64,000 nt of DNA. Origin: Candidatus Micrarchaeia archaeon (GTDB lineage: Archaea > Micrarchaeota > Micrarchaeia > Anstonellales > Bilamarchaeaceae). Position 1 is the first letter of the stretch, and each line of letters opens with the position of its first letter. This document shows positions 29,537 through 39,350 of the stretch, piece by piece. The notes beneath the pieces were generated by a model. The model worked only from the letters and a program-made list of their open reading frames with translations. It had not been told where the DNA came from and did no database searches. Both the position numbers and the translations under genes were made by a program. Location of the stretch: the NCBI GenBank assembly GCA_041649555.1, contig JBAZMS010000001.1:331122-395121 (forward strand), read 5' to 3'.

Positions 29537-30673
29537 ATGATTTGGATAAAAGATGGGATCCACAAAACAATCGAGCTAAACGATATCGAAAGAAAAATAA
29601 TTGATACTTCCGATTTTCAAAGGCTTCACAAAATAAGACAGCTTGCCCTAACCTATCTTGTCTATCCGTGCGCAACACACACCCGCTTTGAGCATTCCCT
29701 TGGAACAATGCATCTTTGCTCGAGCATATGTAAAAGTTTATCTCTTGATTTTGACTTAACCCAAAAGCTAAAATTATATGCGCTTCTTCATGATATAGGG
29801 CACTGCGCGTTTTCCCACGAATCCGAAAAAGTATTGAAAAAATATTTTGGAACGCATGAAAGGATCGGAGAAGAAAAGATAATGAAAGGAGAGATCAAAG
29901 ATATCATCTCACAAAATTACAATCCAAAAGAAATAATAAATTTTTCAAAAAATTTCTACGGCAGGATAATACATTCAGATATAGGGGCCGACCGAATGGA
30001 TTATCTTTTAAGGGATTCGCACAATACTGGGGTTGCATATGGAATTATCGATTCAGATAGGATAATTTCAAAGATTTTTTTAAACACCAGAAAAAGATTT
30101 TTCGGAATTCATATCGGAGGGTTAGAAGCAGTGGAATCCCTTCTTGTCGGAAGATTTATGATGTATTCAACAGTTTATTTCCACCATACATTAAGGTCTG
30201 CATCGTTTATGCTCAAAAGGGCAATTTCCCTTTCAATAGAAAATGAAGTTCTAATTCCAGAAGAATTTAAGTATTTGTGCGATGAGGACATCTTTTCAAG
30301 AATCCTTTTCTCAAAAGAAAAAAGTTCAAAAACATTAATAAAAAGAATTCTAAAAAGAGATCTTTTTAAGGTTTCAAATCAGATACCCTATTCTGAAAAA
30401 ATAGAAAACAATCTTGAAGAGATAAAAAATAAAATTAAAAATAAATTTAGCGGAGAATTCTTTTTTGATATCCCGGAATTTTTCACAGAATTGGATAGAA
30501 TCCATGTTATGGATAAAAATCAGAATATTGTAAATCTTGATAAAATTTCCCCCTTGGTTTTTTCATTAAAATCTGCAGAATCATCAAGAAGAAGCATACT
30601 TTTGCTTTGCAATAAAAAAGACAGAAAAAAACTTAAGGAAATTTCAGATAAAATATTATCCAAATACAACTAG
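29537..30673 (+). CDS. HD-domain phosphohydrolase (dGTPase/COG1078-like)
   Basis: HD motifs H..EHSLG...LLHDIGHCAFSH...GADRMDYLLRD. Confidence 0.75.
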   Translation: MIWIKDGIHKTIELNDIERKIIDTSDFQRLHKIRQLALTYLVYPCATHTRFEHSLGTMHLCSSICKSLSLDFDLTQKLKLYALLHDIGHCAFSHESEKVLKKYFGTHERIGEEKIMKGEIKDIISQNYNPKEIINFSKNFYGRIIHSDIGADRMDYLLRDSHNTGVAYGIIDSDRIISKIFLNTRKRFFGIHIGGLEAVESLLVGRFMMYSTVYFHHTLRSASFMLKRAISLSIENEVLIPEEFKYLCDEDIFSRILFSKEKSSKTLIKRILKRDLFKVSNQIPYSEKIENNLEEIKNKIKNKFSGEFFFDIPEFFTELDRIHVMDKNQNIVNLDKISPLVFSLKSAESSRRSILLLCNKKDRKKLKEISDKILSKYN

Positions 30674-30853
30674 ATGATCTAATACCTTAATTAATACGAT
30701 TAAAACCACTATTCCAATTACTATTGTTTTTGGATCCATTTGTATTCCGCTAAGCCTTTCGTTTGCACTAATGCCCAAAATTCCTGCGTTGGTTGAAGGC
30801 ATTGAAACAGATTCTCGCTTCCAGCTCATAAGCAATAAAATGAGAAGTAGCAT
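30656..30853 (-). CDS. Small hydrophobic hypothetical protein (65 aa)
   Basis: ORF with C-terminal TM helix; weak support. Confidence 0.2.
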   Translation of the reverse strand: MLLLILLLMSWKRESVSMPSTNAGILGISANERLSGIQMDPKTIVIGIVVLIVLIKVLDHLVVFG

Positions 30854-30881
30854 ATAAAAAGCTTTCTTTTATCATATCTAT

Positions 30882-31607
30882 ATGGCAATTAAAATAACCC
30901 AGTTTCCCAAATTTAAGTTTTCAAAACCTACAATAATACTCGGCCTTCCGGGTACAGGCCTTGTCGGAAGCATTGCAGCATCATACCTTGTTGATTCGCT
31001 TGGTCTTGAATTTTGCGGCTATATCACAAGCCCGGATTTTGCGCCTCTTGCATCAATCCATGATTTTAAACCGTATCCGCCTGCAAGAATGCATTATTCA
31101 AAAAAATATAATCTTTTAGTTATCCTGTCTGAAATGTCTATTCCTATTGCATCCTCTCAGGATTTATCTGATCAGGTATATTCTTATGCAAAATCCCTTG
31201 GAGCAGAGCATATAATCTCACTTGGAGGAATCTCCTTAAAAGAAAAACCCTCCACTCTTTATGTTATTTCAAGCAGAAGTGAAATTGCTCAGGAGTTTTT
31301 GAAAAATAAGGCATTTAATCCAATAAAAGAAGGTGCAACAACCGGAGTTTCCGGTCTTTTATTAACACAAGGAGTAATAGATAATTATCCTGTTACTTTA
31401 ATTTTGGCTGAATCCTCTGAAGATTATTTGGATCCTGGCGCAGCATCATTAGTTCTTGTCGAGCTTTCAAAATATCTTAAAATTCCAGTAGATACCCAGA
31501 AACTTGATAAAGAAGCAAAAGATGTTGCAAAACAAATGAGGGAAGCAGTAATAAAATCTAAACTGCCCTATAAGAGATCAAAAGAATTAGGATCAATGTA
31601 TGGGTAG
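30882..31607 (+). CDS. PAC2-family proteasome assembly chaperone-like protein
   Basis: N-terminal motif ILGLPGTGLVGSIAASYL typical of the archaeal PAC2/COG1938 family. Confidence 0.65.
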   Translation: MAIKITQFPKFKFSKPTIILGLPGTGLVGSIAASYLVDSLGLEFCGYITSPDFAPLASIHDFKPYPPARMHYSKKYNLLVILSEMSIPIASSQDLSDQVYSYAKSLGAEHIISLGGISLKEKPSTLYVISSRSEIAQEFLKNKAFNPIKEGATTGVSGLLLTQGVIDNYPVTLILAESSEDYLDPGAASLVLVELSKYLKIPVDTQKLDKEAKDVAKQMREAVIKSKLPYKRSKELGSMYG

Positions 31608-31611
31608 ATTT

Positions 31612-32097
31612 TTAATTGTCTTTTTCTTTTCCCCATTCAACATATTTTCCATCTACTTTATAGATTATTTTCCCTCTAAAAGGTTCTCCTTCCTGATACA
31701 AAACTGAATAATATGCCTGAGTCATAAATGTGACTAATTCGTGTACTGCAGAAAGATTATCTCTTCCAGGAAACATTGCCTTCATTGCATATCTTATATT
31801 TTCTTCTGTTGCAACATCTCTTATTTCTTTTAATTGTCTATCCCTTGTTTTTAAATTTTTAGGTCCTTCTACAAGTTTTAATTCTACCATTGGAGGTATT
31901 TGCGCAAATCTTCTTATTTTTGAAATGCTCCGCCCTATTTGTTTTATTGATTTTTTGCAATCAAAAAAAGCATATGCTCTTCCCATTTGTTTTGGTGTCA
32001 TTAGATATACATATGTTACAAAAGATATAAAAATATATATAATTATTGCCCCTATAAAAAATAAGTTTAAAATAATTGCAGGGGGCCGGATTTTCAA
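31612..32097 (-). CDS. Hypothetical membrane-anchored protein
   Basis: N-terminal TM; no recognisable domain. Confidence 0.35.
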   Translation of the reverse strand: MKIRPPAIILNLFFIGAIIIYIFISFVTYVYLMTPKQMGRAYAFFDCKKSIKQIGRSISKIRRFAQIPPMVELKLVEGPKNLKTRDRQLKEIRDVATEENIRYAMKAMFPGRDNLSAVHELVTFMTQAYYSVLYQEGEPFRGKIIYKVDGKYVEWGKEKDN

Positions 32098-32344
32098 GTT
32101 TCCAGTTTCGTGTTATGAGTTATGAGCACACAACTCAAAAACCACCAAAACTTAGAAGATAGCCTTCCCCCTATTAATCAAAAATTTCTTATTCAAAATA
32201 GAGGGGGTTGGTTATCAAGAGGAGGGGGACACTTCCCCCGCCTGGTGTTTGAACCGGCGGACACACTAAGTGACAGGATTTCAAAATCCAATTAACTTGA
32301 AGAAAGTTAAAAGGTTTCTTAAGTCCTGCGCATTAGACCAGGCT

Positions 32345-32486
32345 CTGCAACCCCTGCATAAGTATAACATGTAAGGCTAAGTCAAGCCTCACGATTGGGG
32401 TTGTCAGGCTTTAAACGAATCGTCGTTTAATCAACTGCAACCCCTGCATAAGTATAACATGTAAGGCTAAGTCAAGCCTCACGATT
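32345..32486. repeat. Perfect 52-nt tandem direct repeat (32345-32396 and 32435-32486) separated by a 38-nt spacer that carries an 8-bp hairpin
   Basis: Both copies are identical: ctgcaacccctgcataagtataacatgtaaggctaagtcaagcctcacgatt. The spacer contains TTAAACGA-atcg-TCGTTTAA. CAACCCC/GGGGTTG segments can pair across copies. Confidence 0.7.
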
Positions 32487-32515
32487 TAGTAAAGTATATT
32501 TCTCCATAAAACAAT

Positions 32516-33478
32516 TTATAAAACTCTCACTTTTTTTCCGTCAAAATAAATGCAATCCTCTATTCTAACCCCCCAGTTTTTCCTGTAAATCCCGGGTTCA
32601 ACAGTAAATACACTATTTTTTAGTTCATCCCTGCTTTTTATTCCAAATGAAGGAAACTCATGAACCTCAAGCCCGATTCCGTGGCCAAGGGAATGTTTTT
32701 CTTCCCCAAGCCCATATTTTTTGTATAATTTCGCAGTAAACTCTGCCAACTCATTTCCAAAATTACAATTTGGAATTTCATCAATTATTTCTAACTGGAC
32801 CTGTTTTACTAATTCATAGTCTTTCTTCCATGGTCCGTTACCTAAGATAAAGCATCTTGAAATATCCCCGCAATAACCCATATATTTAACACCATAATCA
32901 ATCAAAATAATATCCTTTAGCTTAACATTGGAAGGAACATAATGGGGGAATGAAGTATTTTTAGAAGTAGAAACAATCGGCTTGAATGCAACTTCCAATC
33001 CCCTCTCAAGCGTTTCTTTTAATAATTCTTTTTCCACATCCTTTTCTGTTTTGCATTTTTTCAAATCAATTGAATGAATAATTTCTTTAGTTTCTTTTAC
33101 AGCCCCCCTTATTTTTTCAATTTCAATTTCTTTTTTTTCTGCCCGTATTTTTGATAACTCCTTTGAAATATCAATAGGTTTTGAGATTTTTTTTAAAAAT
33201 TCATATATCTTAACATTCAAATTTCGTCCATCAATTCCTATTTTTCTTTTTTTCAATAATTTTTCCAAGTCCTTTTTTAGATCTAAATAAACGAATACTC
33301 TTCCGAATTTAAAAGTTTCAACTGCAAGCTTTTCATTCATTTTTGAAACAATTAATATTTTCTTTTTCCCTTCAATTAAAATAAATGAATGGTCATAAAG
33401 GGCCATTCCAAGCCCTGAATAATAGGAAAAATTCGCATTTGTTTTTTCCCCAGAATAAAGCAGTATCGGAATTTTCAT
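32516..33478 (-). CDS. M24-family Xaa-Pro aminopeptidase/prolidase
   Basis: C-terminal pita-bread motifs HGIGLEVHE...VEPGIY...RIED. Confidence 0.8.
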   Translation of the reverse strand: MKIPILLYSGEKTNANFSYYSGLGMALYDHSFILIEGKKKILIVSKMNEKLAVETFKFGRVFVYLDLKKDLEKLLKKRKIGIDGRNLNVKIYEFLKKISKPIDISKELSKIRAEKKEIEIEKIRGAVKETKEIIHSIDLKKCKTEKDVEKELLKETLERGLEVAFKPIVSTSKNTSFPHYVPSNVKLKDIILIDYGVKYMGYCGDISRCFILGNGPWKKDYELVKQVQLEIIDEIPNCNFGNELAEFTAKLYKKYGLGEEKHSLGHGIGLEVHEFPSFGIKSRDELKNSVFTVEPGIYRKNWGVRIEDCIYFDGKKVRVL

Positions 33479-33482
33479 AAGT

Positions 33483-34097
33483 TTATACCTCTATTTCTGC
33501 AACGCCCCTAATTCCATCCCATTTTTTTCTAAAACATTTTATGCTAATCTCATTTTTAAAAAATGGGGCATATGATACAAATGTCTCAGCTTCCCCTCCT
33601 TCAAACATTTTATTTACTCCTTTAATTTCTCCAATGTCTTTAAAATTCATTCCAAGGTGTTTTTCAAAAAGACCTTCTGCTGAAACAGAAACAATATATG
33701 TTTTGAAATATTTTTTAATTTCCTCAATTATCTCATCTTCTTTGTGCCATAACGGAGAAAATGCAGGAATTCCAAGCCGTTCCCCAATAATATCTATTCT
33801 CTGCTTTTGATATTCACTTGAAAACGCTCCGGTTACAATTCCTTCAACTTTTAATTCTTTTAATTTTTCTTCCAATTTTAATAATTCGTTTTTGTTGTTA
33901 GCATCAATATATTCGATTTCAAGTTCCATTTCCTTTGCCTGCAGCTTAGTTTTATCTAAGTTGGGGTGATGAAACATATAAGAGTCCTCCTCGCTTTTAA
34001 CACAAATTAAAATGACATCAAATCCGGAATAAATTGACCAAAATGCCGCATAACAGCTGTCCTTTCCTCCAGAAAACAAACAGGCAACTTTCATCAC
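33483..34097 (-). CDS. Diphthine-ammonia ligase-like PP-loop ATPase (MJ0570/Dph6 family)
   Basis: PP-loop SGGKDS at the N-terminus, ~200 aa. Confidence 0.7.
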   Translation of the reverse strand: MMKVACLFSGGKDSCYAAFWSIYSGFDVILICVKSEEDSYMFHHPNLDKTKLQAKEMELEIEYIDANNKNELLKLEEKLKELKVEGIVTGAFSSEYQKQRIDIIGERLGIPAFSPLWHKEDEIIEEIKKYFKTYIVSVSAEGLFEKHLGMNFKDIGEIKGVNKMFEGGEAETFVSYAPFFKNEISIKCFRKKWDGIRGVAEIEV

Positions 34098-34135
34098 TAT
34101 TGATTAAAAGAATATCTCTTTTAACTTTATCTATT

Positions 34136-34921
34136 ATGGCAATTAAAACAATTATTTTTGATTTGGACGGAGTATTATATCGAGGAGATGAAATAATTAC
34201 CGGATCAATAGAAACAATAAAAAAACTAAAATCTCTTGGAATAAAAACTTATTTTCTGACAAATGCAGGAACTCTTTCCAGAAAGGGCAGGGCAAAAAAA
34301 CTTAGATCATTAGGTTTTGAAATACCTGACGATGAGGTATTTACAAGCTCTTATGGAATCGGAGCATACCTTTCTTCAATAAAGAAAAATCCTTCAGTTT
34401 ATTGCATAGGGGAAGCAGGATTAAAAGAAGAGCTTTCTTCATTTGGGGCATATCTTACTGAAAAAAATACGGATTTTGTTGTTGTTGGATTGGACAGGGA
34501 ATTCACATATAAAAAATTGAATATTGCATTGCAAAATATCATAAATGGGGCAAAATTCATTGCAACAAACGGAGATGCAACCTTTCCTGTAGAAAACAAT
34601 AAAATAATGCCCGGCTGCGGTTCAATTGTTTCAAGCGTTGCATACTGCTCAAAAATAAATCCGCATATCATAGGAAAACCCAATGCTTATCTTTTGGATA
34701 TGATAATAAGTGATTCAAAATCAAAAAGAGATGAGATTCTTTTAATTGGAGACAGAATAGAAACTGATGTTTTTCTTGCAAAAAAAGCAAAAATAAAATC
34801 AGCTTTGGTTCTAAGCGGGGTTTCAACAAGAAACGATCTTGAAAAATTAAAAGAAGAGGAAAAACCGGATTATTTATTAAATTCAATTTTAGGTATATTC
34901 AATATCCCTCATCTTCTATAA
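34136..34921 (+). CDS. HAD-superfamily hydrolase, subfamily IIA (NagD-like phosphatase)
   Basis: Start chosen at MAIKTIIFDLDGVLY (DxDG motif I). The ORF-track start at 34034 overlaps the upstream gene. Confidence 0.75.
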   Translation: MAIKTIIFDLDGVLYRGDEIITGSIETIKKLKSLGIKTYFLTNAGTLSRKGRAKKLRSLGFEIPDDEVFTSSYGIGAYLSSIKKNPSVYCIGEAGLKEELSSFGAYLTEKNTDFVVVGLDREFTYKKLNIALQNIINGAKFIATNGDATFPVENNKIMPGCGSIVSSVAYCSKINPHIIGKPNAYLLDMIISDSKSKRDEILLIGDRIETDVFLAKKAKIKSALVLSGVSTRNDLEKLKEEEKPDYLLNSILGIFNIPHLL

Positions 34922-35192
34922 TATCTTTTATATCAGAATTTCCGACATTTCCAAGAAGATCTTTTCCAAAAAAATCTTCTTCCAAATCCAGTCCTTTTGA
35001 TGGTTCCTCTGTTGTCTTGGCGGTTTCTGAAATTCCCTGTTCGATTACATTGAAATTTATCTGAATCGAGCTAGAACAATGGGGACATTTTCCACTAATG
35101 GATACTTCATCAAAAACTAGATTTGAGCTTAATAAAAACTCTGATTCATTTTTACAGTTTGAACATCTTATGTGTCTTTTCAATTCTGACAT
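34899..35192 (-). CDS. Zinc-ribbon hypothetical protein with acidic C-terminus
   Basis: CSNC...CPHC zinc-ribbon spacing. Confidence 0.4.
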   Translation of the reverse strand: MSELKRHIRCSNCKNESEFLLSSNLVFDEVSISGKCPHCSSSIQINFNVIEQGISETAKTTEEPSKGLDLEEDFFGKDLLGNVGNSDIKDIIEDEGY

Positions 35193-35226
35193 GGCCGCAC
35201 CAGTAAACCCATCGATTTTATACTTT

Positions 35227-35838
35227 TTAAACCTTTCTTTGGGTTATAAAGTCCCGCAAAACCCTTCCAGTTGGCAAATCAATTATTGTTGAGGGATATT
35301 TGTATTTTGTTTCCCCCCCGTCTAAAACAATATCTGCCTTTTTTAAAACTTCTTTGGAAATTTCATCTATTTTAGTTGGAGATTTTAAATCTCCGCTTAT
35401 ATTCGCGCTTGTAGTTATTAGAGGAATTTCCATGTTTCTCATTATATTTTGAAGAAATGGATATTTGGGTATTCTTATTCCAAGCCTGATTTTATCTCCG
35501 ACAGGAATCCTTTTTTTATTTCTTCTTAAAAGAATTGTATAGGGTCCAGGGATATATTTTTTTAATTTTTTCCTTTCTGATGGGGAAATAATACAGAATT
35601 TTTCAGCAAGAGAGATGTCCCCTATGATTACAGAAACAGGATTGTTTCGCTTTCTTTTTTTTATCTTATAAATTTTTTCTACGACTTTTTTGTCCAATCC
35701 GTTTCCTCCAATTCCATAGCAGGTATCTGTAGGATAAATAATTATCTTCCCGGTTTCCAAAGCTTGCTTTAATTTTTTCCCAGCCAGCTCCGGATTTTTC
35801 TCAATGGATATAATCTCCATAATAAGATAAGAATTCAA
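35227..35838 (-). CDS. L-threonylcarbamoyladenylate synthase (Sua5/YrdC family)
   Basis: IIYPTDTCYGIG motif. Start at 35838 or 35820. Confidence 0.8.
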   Translation of the reverse strand: MNSYLIMEIISIEKNPELAGKKLKQALETGKIIIYPTDTCYGIGGNGLDKKVVEKIYKIKKRKRNNPVSVIIGDISLAEKFCIISPSERKKLKKYIPGPYTILLRRNKKRIPVGDKIRLGIRIPKYPFLQNIMRNMEIPLITTSANISGDLKSPTKIDEISKEVLKKADIVLDGGETKYKYPSTIIDLPTGRVLRDFITQRKV

Positions 35839-35852
35839 AATATTTATATTGC

Positions 35853-37385
35853 TTAGCCCAAAAAGTCTTTTTTAATTTTTGCAACCCCAAGCGTGTAAAT
35901 AAGATTTCCAAGCTTTGGCCCCCTTTCCTTTCCAATGAGTGCAAGATACATTTTTTGAAAAATTTCCTTTGGAGAAATATCATTTCTTTTTGAATATTCA
36001 AATATTGTATTCTGTATCTCATCTTTTCCCATATTATCTTCTAAATCATTAAGAATTTTTTTTATATCCTCATCCTCTGTTTTTCTTCCGGCATAACTGA
36101 ATTTATACTGCTCTGGAACAAAATCTTTTTCCACCCATTTTTTTATATAAGGTTTAAGGTATTCTATTCCCTTCCCGTCTTTTAGGATTTCTTTTACTTT
36201 CTCAAAATCCCGATAAATCATGTAAGTAAGCAAAACATCTGAAAACGGGGCATTCCATTCTGTTTTGTTGGGGCATAATCTGTATGCCTGCACTTTTTTC
36301 TGCTCCGGCCTTTCAACTTTTTCAAGTTCCTCGTTTGTTTTTATTCCATCTGATAATTTTCCTATCCTTTCAAACTCGTCATATAATTTTAGCAGATTTT
36401 CTTTTGTCGGAACGATATCAATATTTTCTGTCAAATCCGGCTTAATTAACATATATGCAATCATTCTCATTGGAATAAGTTCTTTTAGTTCTACAATTCC
36501 CATTCCTATTCCCTTTGACTTTGAATATTTTTTTCCTTCAAATAAAAGCATGCCCCATGTGTATCCTATTGGAGGGTCCTCTTTAAACATTTCCCTAAAT
36601 ATTCCGACTAATGTATCATAGCTTCCCCCTCTCGTATGGTGGTCTATTCCTCCTCCTTCAAGATTGGTTTTTAAAAATCTGGTTCTTGCAGGCCAGTCAA
36701 GCCTCCAGAGTATCTTATATTTATGATCTGAAATTTTATTTTTTCCGCAAAATCCGCAACCCTTTGTGTATCCGATGTCCCTATCACAGCTATATTCATA
36801 TTCATCAGTTTCTTTATTATAAGATAATGTCCTTGTTGTTGCAATTTTTCCGCATTTTTGGCATAATGGCATAATCGATGACCAATATCCATCTATCGTT
36901 CTTAAGGATGTTTTTGCAACTATTTTCTTTGCCACTTTCTCATTTTGAAGAAAAAATCTTGCATCCCCATCATACATTCCATTTTCAATCATTTCATTTG
37001 CCTTTATTACCTCTATATTTAATTCAAATTCCTTCATTATTTCTATTGCCTCATCCAAATAATGCTCTCCAAAACTTTTGCTTTTTCCAGTCGGGTCTGG
37101 AACAAAGCATAATGGTTTTCCCAAATGAGGCTCTAAAAATTCATTATATTTTTCCATTGGAATTGGAACCTTATCAAACGCATCCATTATATCTGCTACA
37201 AATAGGAATTTTACCTGTTTTCCTTCCCTTTCTATTACCTTTGCAATAGTTCCCGGAAATAAAAATTCACACACTGTCCCAAAATGGGTCGGGCCTGAAG
37301 TCGTCATTCCGCCGCTTATAATATAGGGAGGTTGGTATCTTTCTGTTATTTTAGCTGCTAATTGTTCTGCCCAGTGGAGAATCAT
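35853..37385 (-). CDS. lysK: Lysyl-tRNA synthetase, class I
   Basis: Class I HIGH-like region GGMTTSGPTHFGT and archaeal LysRS-I similarity. Start at 37385 (MILHW...) preferred because the ORF-track start at 37451 abuts the 5S gene. A TATA-like element lies at ~37425-37438. Confidence 0.8.
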   Translation of the reverse strand: MILHWAEQLAAKITERYQPPYIISGGMTTSGPTHFGTVCEFLFPGTIAKVIEREGKQVKFLFVADIMDAFDKVPIPMEKYNEFLEPHLGKPLCFVPDPTGKSKSFGEHYLDEAIEIMKEFELNIEVIKANEMIENGMYDGDARFFLQNEKVAKKIVAKTSLRTIDGYWSSIMPLCQKCGKIATTRTLSYNKETDEYEYSCDRDIGYTKGCGFCGKNKISDHKYKILWRLDWPARTRFLKTNLEGGGIDHHTRGGSYDTLVGIFREMFKEDPPIGYTWGMLLFEGKKYSKSKGIGMGIVELKELIPMRMIAYMLIKPDLTENIDIVPTKENLLKLYDEFERIGKLSDGIKTNEELEKVERPEQKKVQAYRLCPNKTEWNAPFSDVLLTYMIYRDFEKVKEILKDGKGIEYLKPYIKKWVEKDFVPEQYKFSYAGRKTEDEDIKKILNDLEDNMGKDEIQNTIFEYSKRNDISPKEIFQKMYLALIGKERGPKLGNLIYTLGVAKIKKDFLG

Positions 37386-37458
37386 AACTATTTCACCTTT
37401 TTTCCTTAGAGTAATGTTACAGGAGGTTGTTTTATAAATATTTCGATGCATAGTTTTA

Positions 37459-37579
37459 GGTTATCAGCGGCCATAGGAAAAGGGTCACACCCGTTCCCAT
37501 TTCGAACACGGAAGTTAAGCCTTTTCACGGTGGCTCTTGTACTGTTCTATGAACGGGAAAGACCACTGCTGCTGGTACT
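37459..37579 (+). rRNA. rrf: 5S ribosomal RNA (stand-alone, not linked to 16S/23S in this window)
   Basis: Conserved core CACACCCGTTCCCATTTCGAACACGGAAGTTAAGCC. Helix I pairs the 5' TATCAGCGGC with the 3' GCTGCTGGTA. A T-run follows. Confidence 0.85.
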
Positions 37580-37581
37580 TT

Positions 37582-38319
37582 TTATGCGCCTATTGATTCT
37601 GATCTTTTCAATAATTCGTCAGATAGTTGTTTTATTACTTCTTTATGGTCGAATTCTTTTTTGTCTAATCTATCTGCAAGCATTCTCCCACAATTTGAAG
37701 CCTTTTCAAAATGCTCTTTTGCACCTTTTAGATTTTCCTTTATTAATTCTATTTCCCCAAGTGCCCAGTACCCCACGAATGATTCTTCAGTATTTAGTGT
37801 ATTCCTTTTTTTGCCTGTTCTTAGTTCTTTTGCAATAAAAGCCATTACTTTTGAATATAATTGCATTCTGTGATACTGGTCAGAGTATTCTGCTAAAGTG
37901 TAATCTAAAGCAAGTCTGTTTGCGATCTCACCTGCCTTTGCATACCAGTTTCCAGCCGTTCTTTCATCCCTGTTTTTTAATTCTATATCTGCATGTTCCT
38001 TTGCAATATTTAATGCCCTTGTCATGAACTCTATTATTTTTTCGCGCAATGAATTAATTTTATGTGTTTTGGTTTGGCAAGCCCCCTCTGTTTCAGGTGT
38101 TTCCGTTAAGTGTATATTCATTAGTTCAGAACGCCGTCCTCTTGACCAGCGAAGCATTTTTTCCATTTCTGCAGATGCATTATTGGTGATAGTTGCCATA
38201 CTTTTATTATTCCCTGGCGGTAAATCTTTTATTTGAAGTGCACTAAAAGGATTGTTTCCAAATCCCGGGTTGAGACCTAAATTGACACGAGGGTGTCTTT
38301 TAAATTTTTGTTTAGTCAT
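37582..38319 (-). CDS. Hypothetical protein (245 aa)
   Basis: ORF with coding-like composition; no motif. Confidence 0.4.
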   Translation of the reverse strand: MTKQKFKRHPRVNLGLNPGFGNNPFSALQIKDLPPGNNKSMATITNNASAEMEKMLRWSRGRRSELMNIHLTETPETEGACQTKTHKINSLREKIIEFMTRALNIAKEHADIELKNRDERTAGNWYAKAGEIANRLALDYTLAEYSDQYHRMQLYSKVMAFIAKELRTGKKRNTLNTEESFVGYWALGEIELIKENLKGAKEHFEKASNCGRMLADRLDKKEFDHKEVIKQLSDELLKRSESIGA

Positions 38320-38335
38320 AAAATCTACCTCATTC

Positions 38336-39247
38336 TCACATGTTCAAAAGAGTTCCTGAACTTAAAATTTTACTCATGTTATATTTTTCTGCCAGAGTAT
38401 CACTTAAATACATATATTCTCCCTTACCCTTTAGTTCGGGCAGCTTTTCATTATTCCATATTTGCTCTACTGCCCTAGCTTGGCACTTGCTGCTTGTTTC
38501 ATCCATTAAGTATTGTGTTGAAACCAGTACTGAAAACAATGGTGGTAAGATTTTGGTCTTAATACTATGTTTTTCAATTGCATGGACAATTTTGAATTCA
38601 TCACTGTCTTTATCAGCCCTTTTCTCCCTGTGTTGTCTAAAGAATCGTTCTAATGCGAGTTCAAAAATATTTATGCGTCTGAAGTTACGGTTACAGTATT
38701 TCTTTGATAAATCCGCACCATATTCCAATAATACCTCTAATGCTTTTAGGCCTCCTACATCTACAATACAGCCAATTAAAGGATTGCTAATCCCTATCTC
38801 ACCTTTGGGTGGATTGATCATCCGGGGCTCATTATGGACGATAGTATTAACATCCGCGTTGAATTTTTCTATTAAATTTATCATAAGGTTGGCATGATCT
38901 CCCATGGCGGTTTCGTAAAGTGCCATTTCAATTAAGGTGTTTTTTGTATCCCCGTAATTCCTTTGAAGATTAAGTATCTCAGCCATCTGGCTGTATGGAC
39001 CTATTTCTCCCATATGGCATGCAATAAGAAATATATTTTGGCTTGCCAGTTTTTCATCACCAAGCGTTCTTTCTTCATCGAGCAAAGGAATCATTTGGGT
39101 GAATGAGACCCTAATCCTGGTTTCATTTTCTTTAATTTTTCTAAGTACTAATCTACCATTCTCAGTTCCCATATCATGTATATCGTTCCTTAATCTGATT
39201 AGTCTTTTGCTTGCCTGATTTGGTCTAGTTGTTATTTGTTGTTGCAT
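38336..39247 (-). CDS. Ankyrin-repeat protein
   Basis: Repeats of the type G..ALEVLLEYGADLSKK and ...LIEKFNADVNTIVHNE match the ankyrin consensus (xGxTxLHxAxxxGxxxxVxxLLxxGAD). Confidence 0.6.
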   Translation of the reverse strand: MQQQITTRPNQASKRLIRLRNDIHDMGTENGRLVLRKIKENETRIRVSFTQMIPLLDEERTLGDEKLASQNIFLIACHMGEIGPYSQMAEILNLQRNYGDTKNTLIEMALYETAMGDHANLMINLIEKFNADVNTIVHNEPRMINPPKGEIGISNPLIGCIVDVGGLKALEVLLEYGADLSKKYCNRNFRRINIFELALERFFRQHREKRADKDSDEFKIVHAIEKHSIKTKILPPLFSVLVSTQYLMDETSSKCQARAVEQIWNNEKLPELKGKGEYMYLSDTLAEKYNMSKILSSGTLLNM

Positions 39248-39350
39248 ATATTCACCTAAATACTTTCTATATAACAGTTAATATTTAAATCTTTCCATCC
39301 TGATACTACCTTTCAAAACATTTTTAATCACTTCTATCTAAAGTGAGGTA

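Noticed and set aside
32345-32486. Possible CRISPR array, suggested by identical direct repeats with a unique spacer
   Set aside because: Only two copies. The repeat is 52 nt, longer than CRISPR repeats, and the spacer (38 nt) is shorter than the repeat. No cas genes nearby. Treated as a tandem duplication or ncRNA module instead.
34034-34135. N-terminal extension of the HAD hydrolase ORF (MTKMPHNSCPF...)
   Set aside because: Overlaps the convergent Dph6-like gene. The HAD motif I DxDG begins right after the internal Met at 34136.
37446-37838. 130-aa plus-strand ORF
   Set aside because: Overlaps the 5S rRNA gene and is antisense to the 37582-38319 ORF. Spurious.
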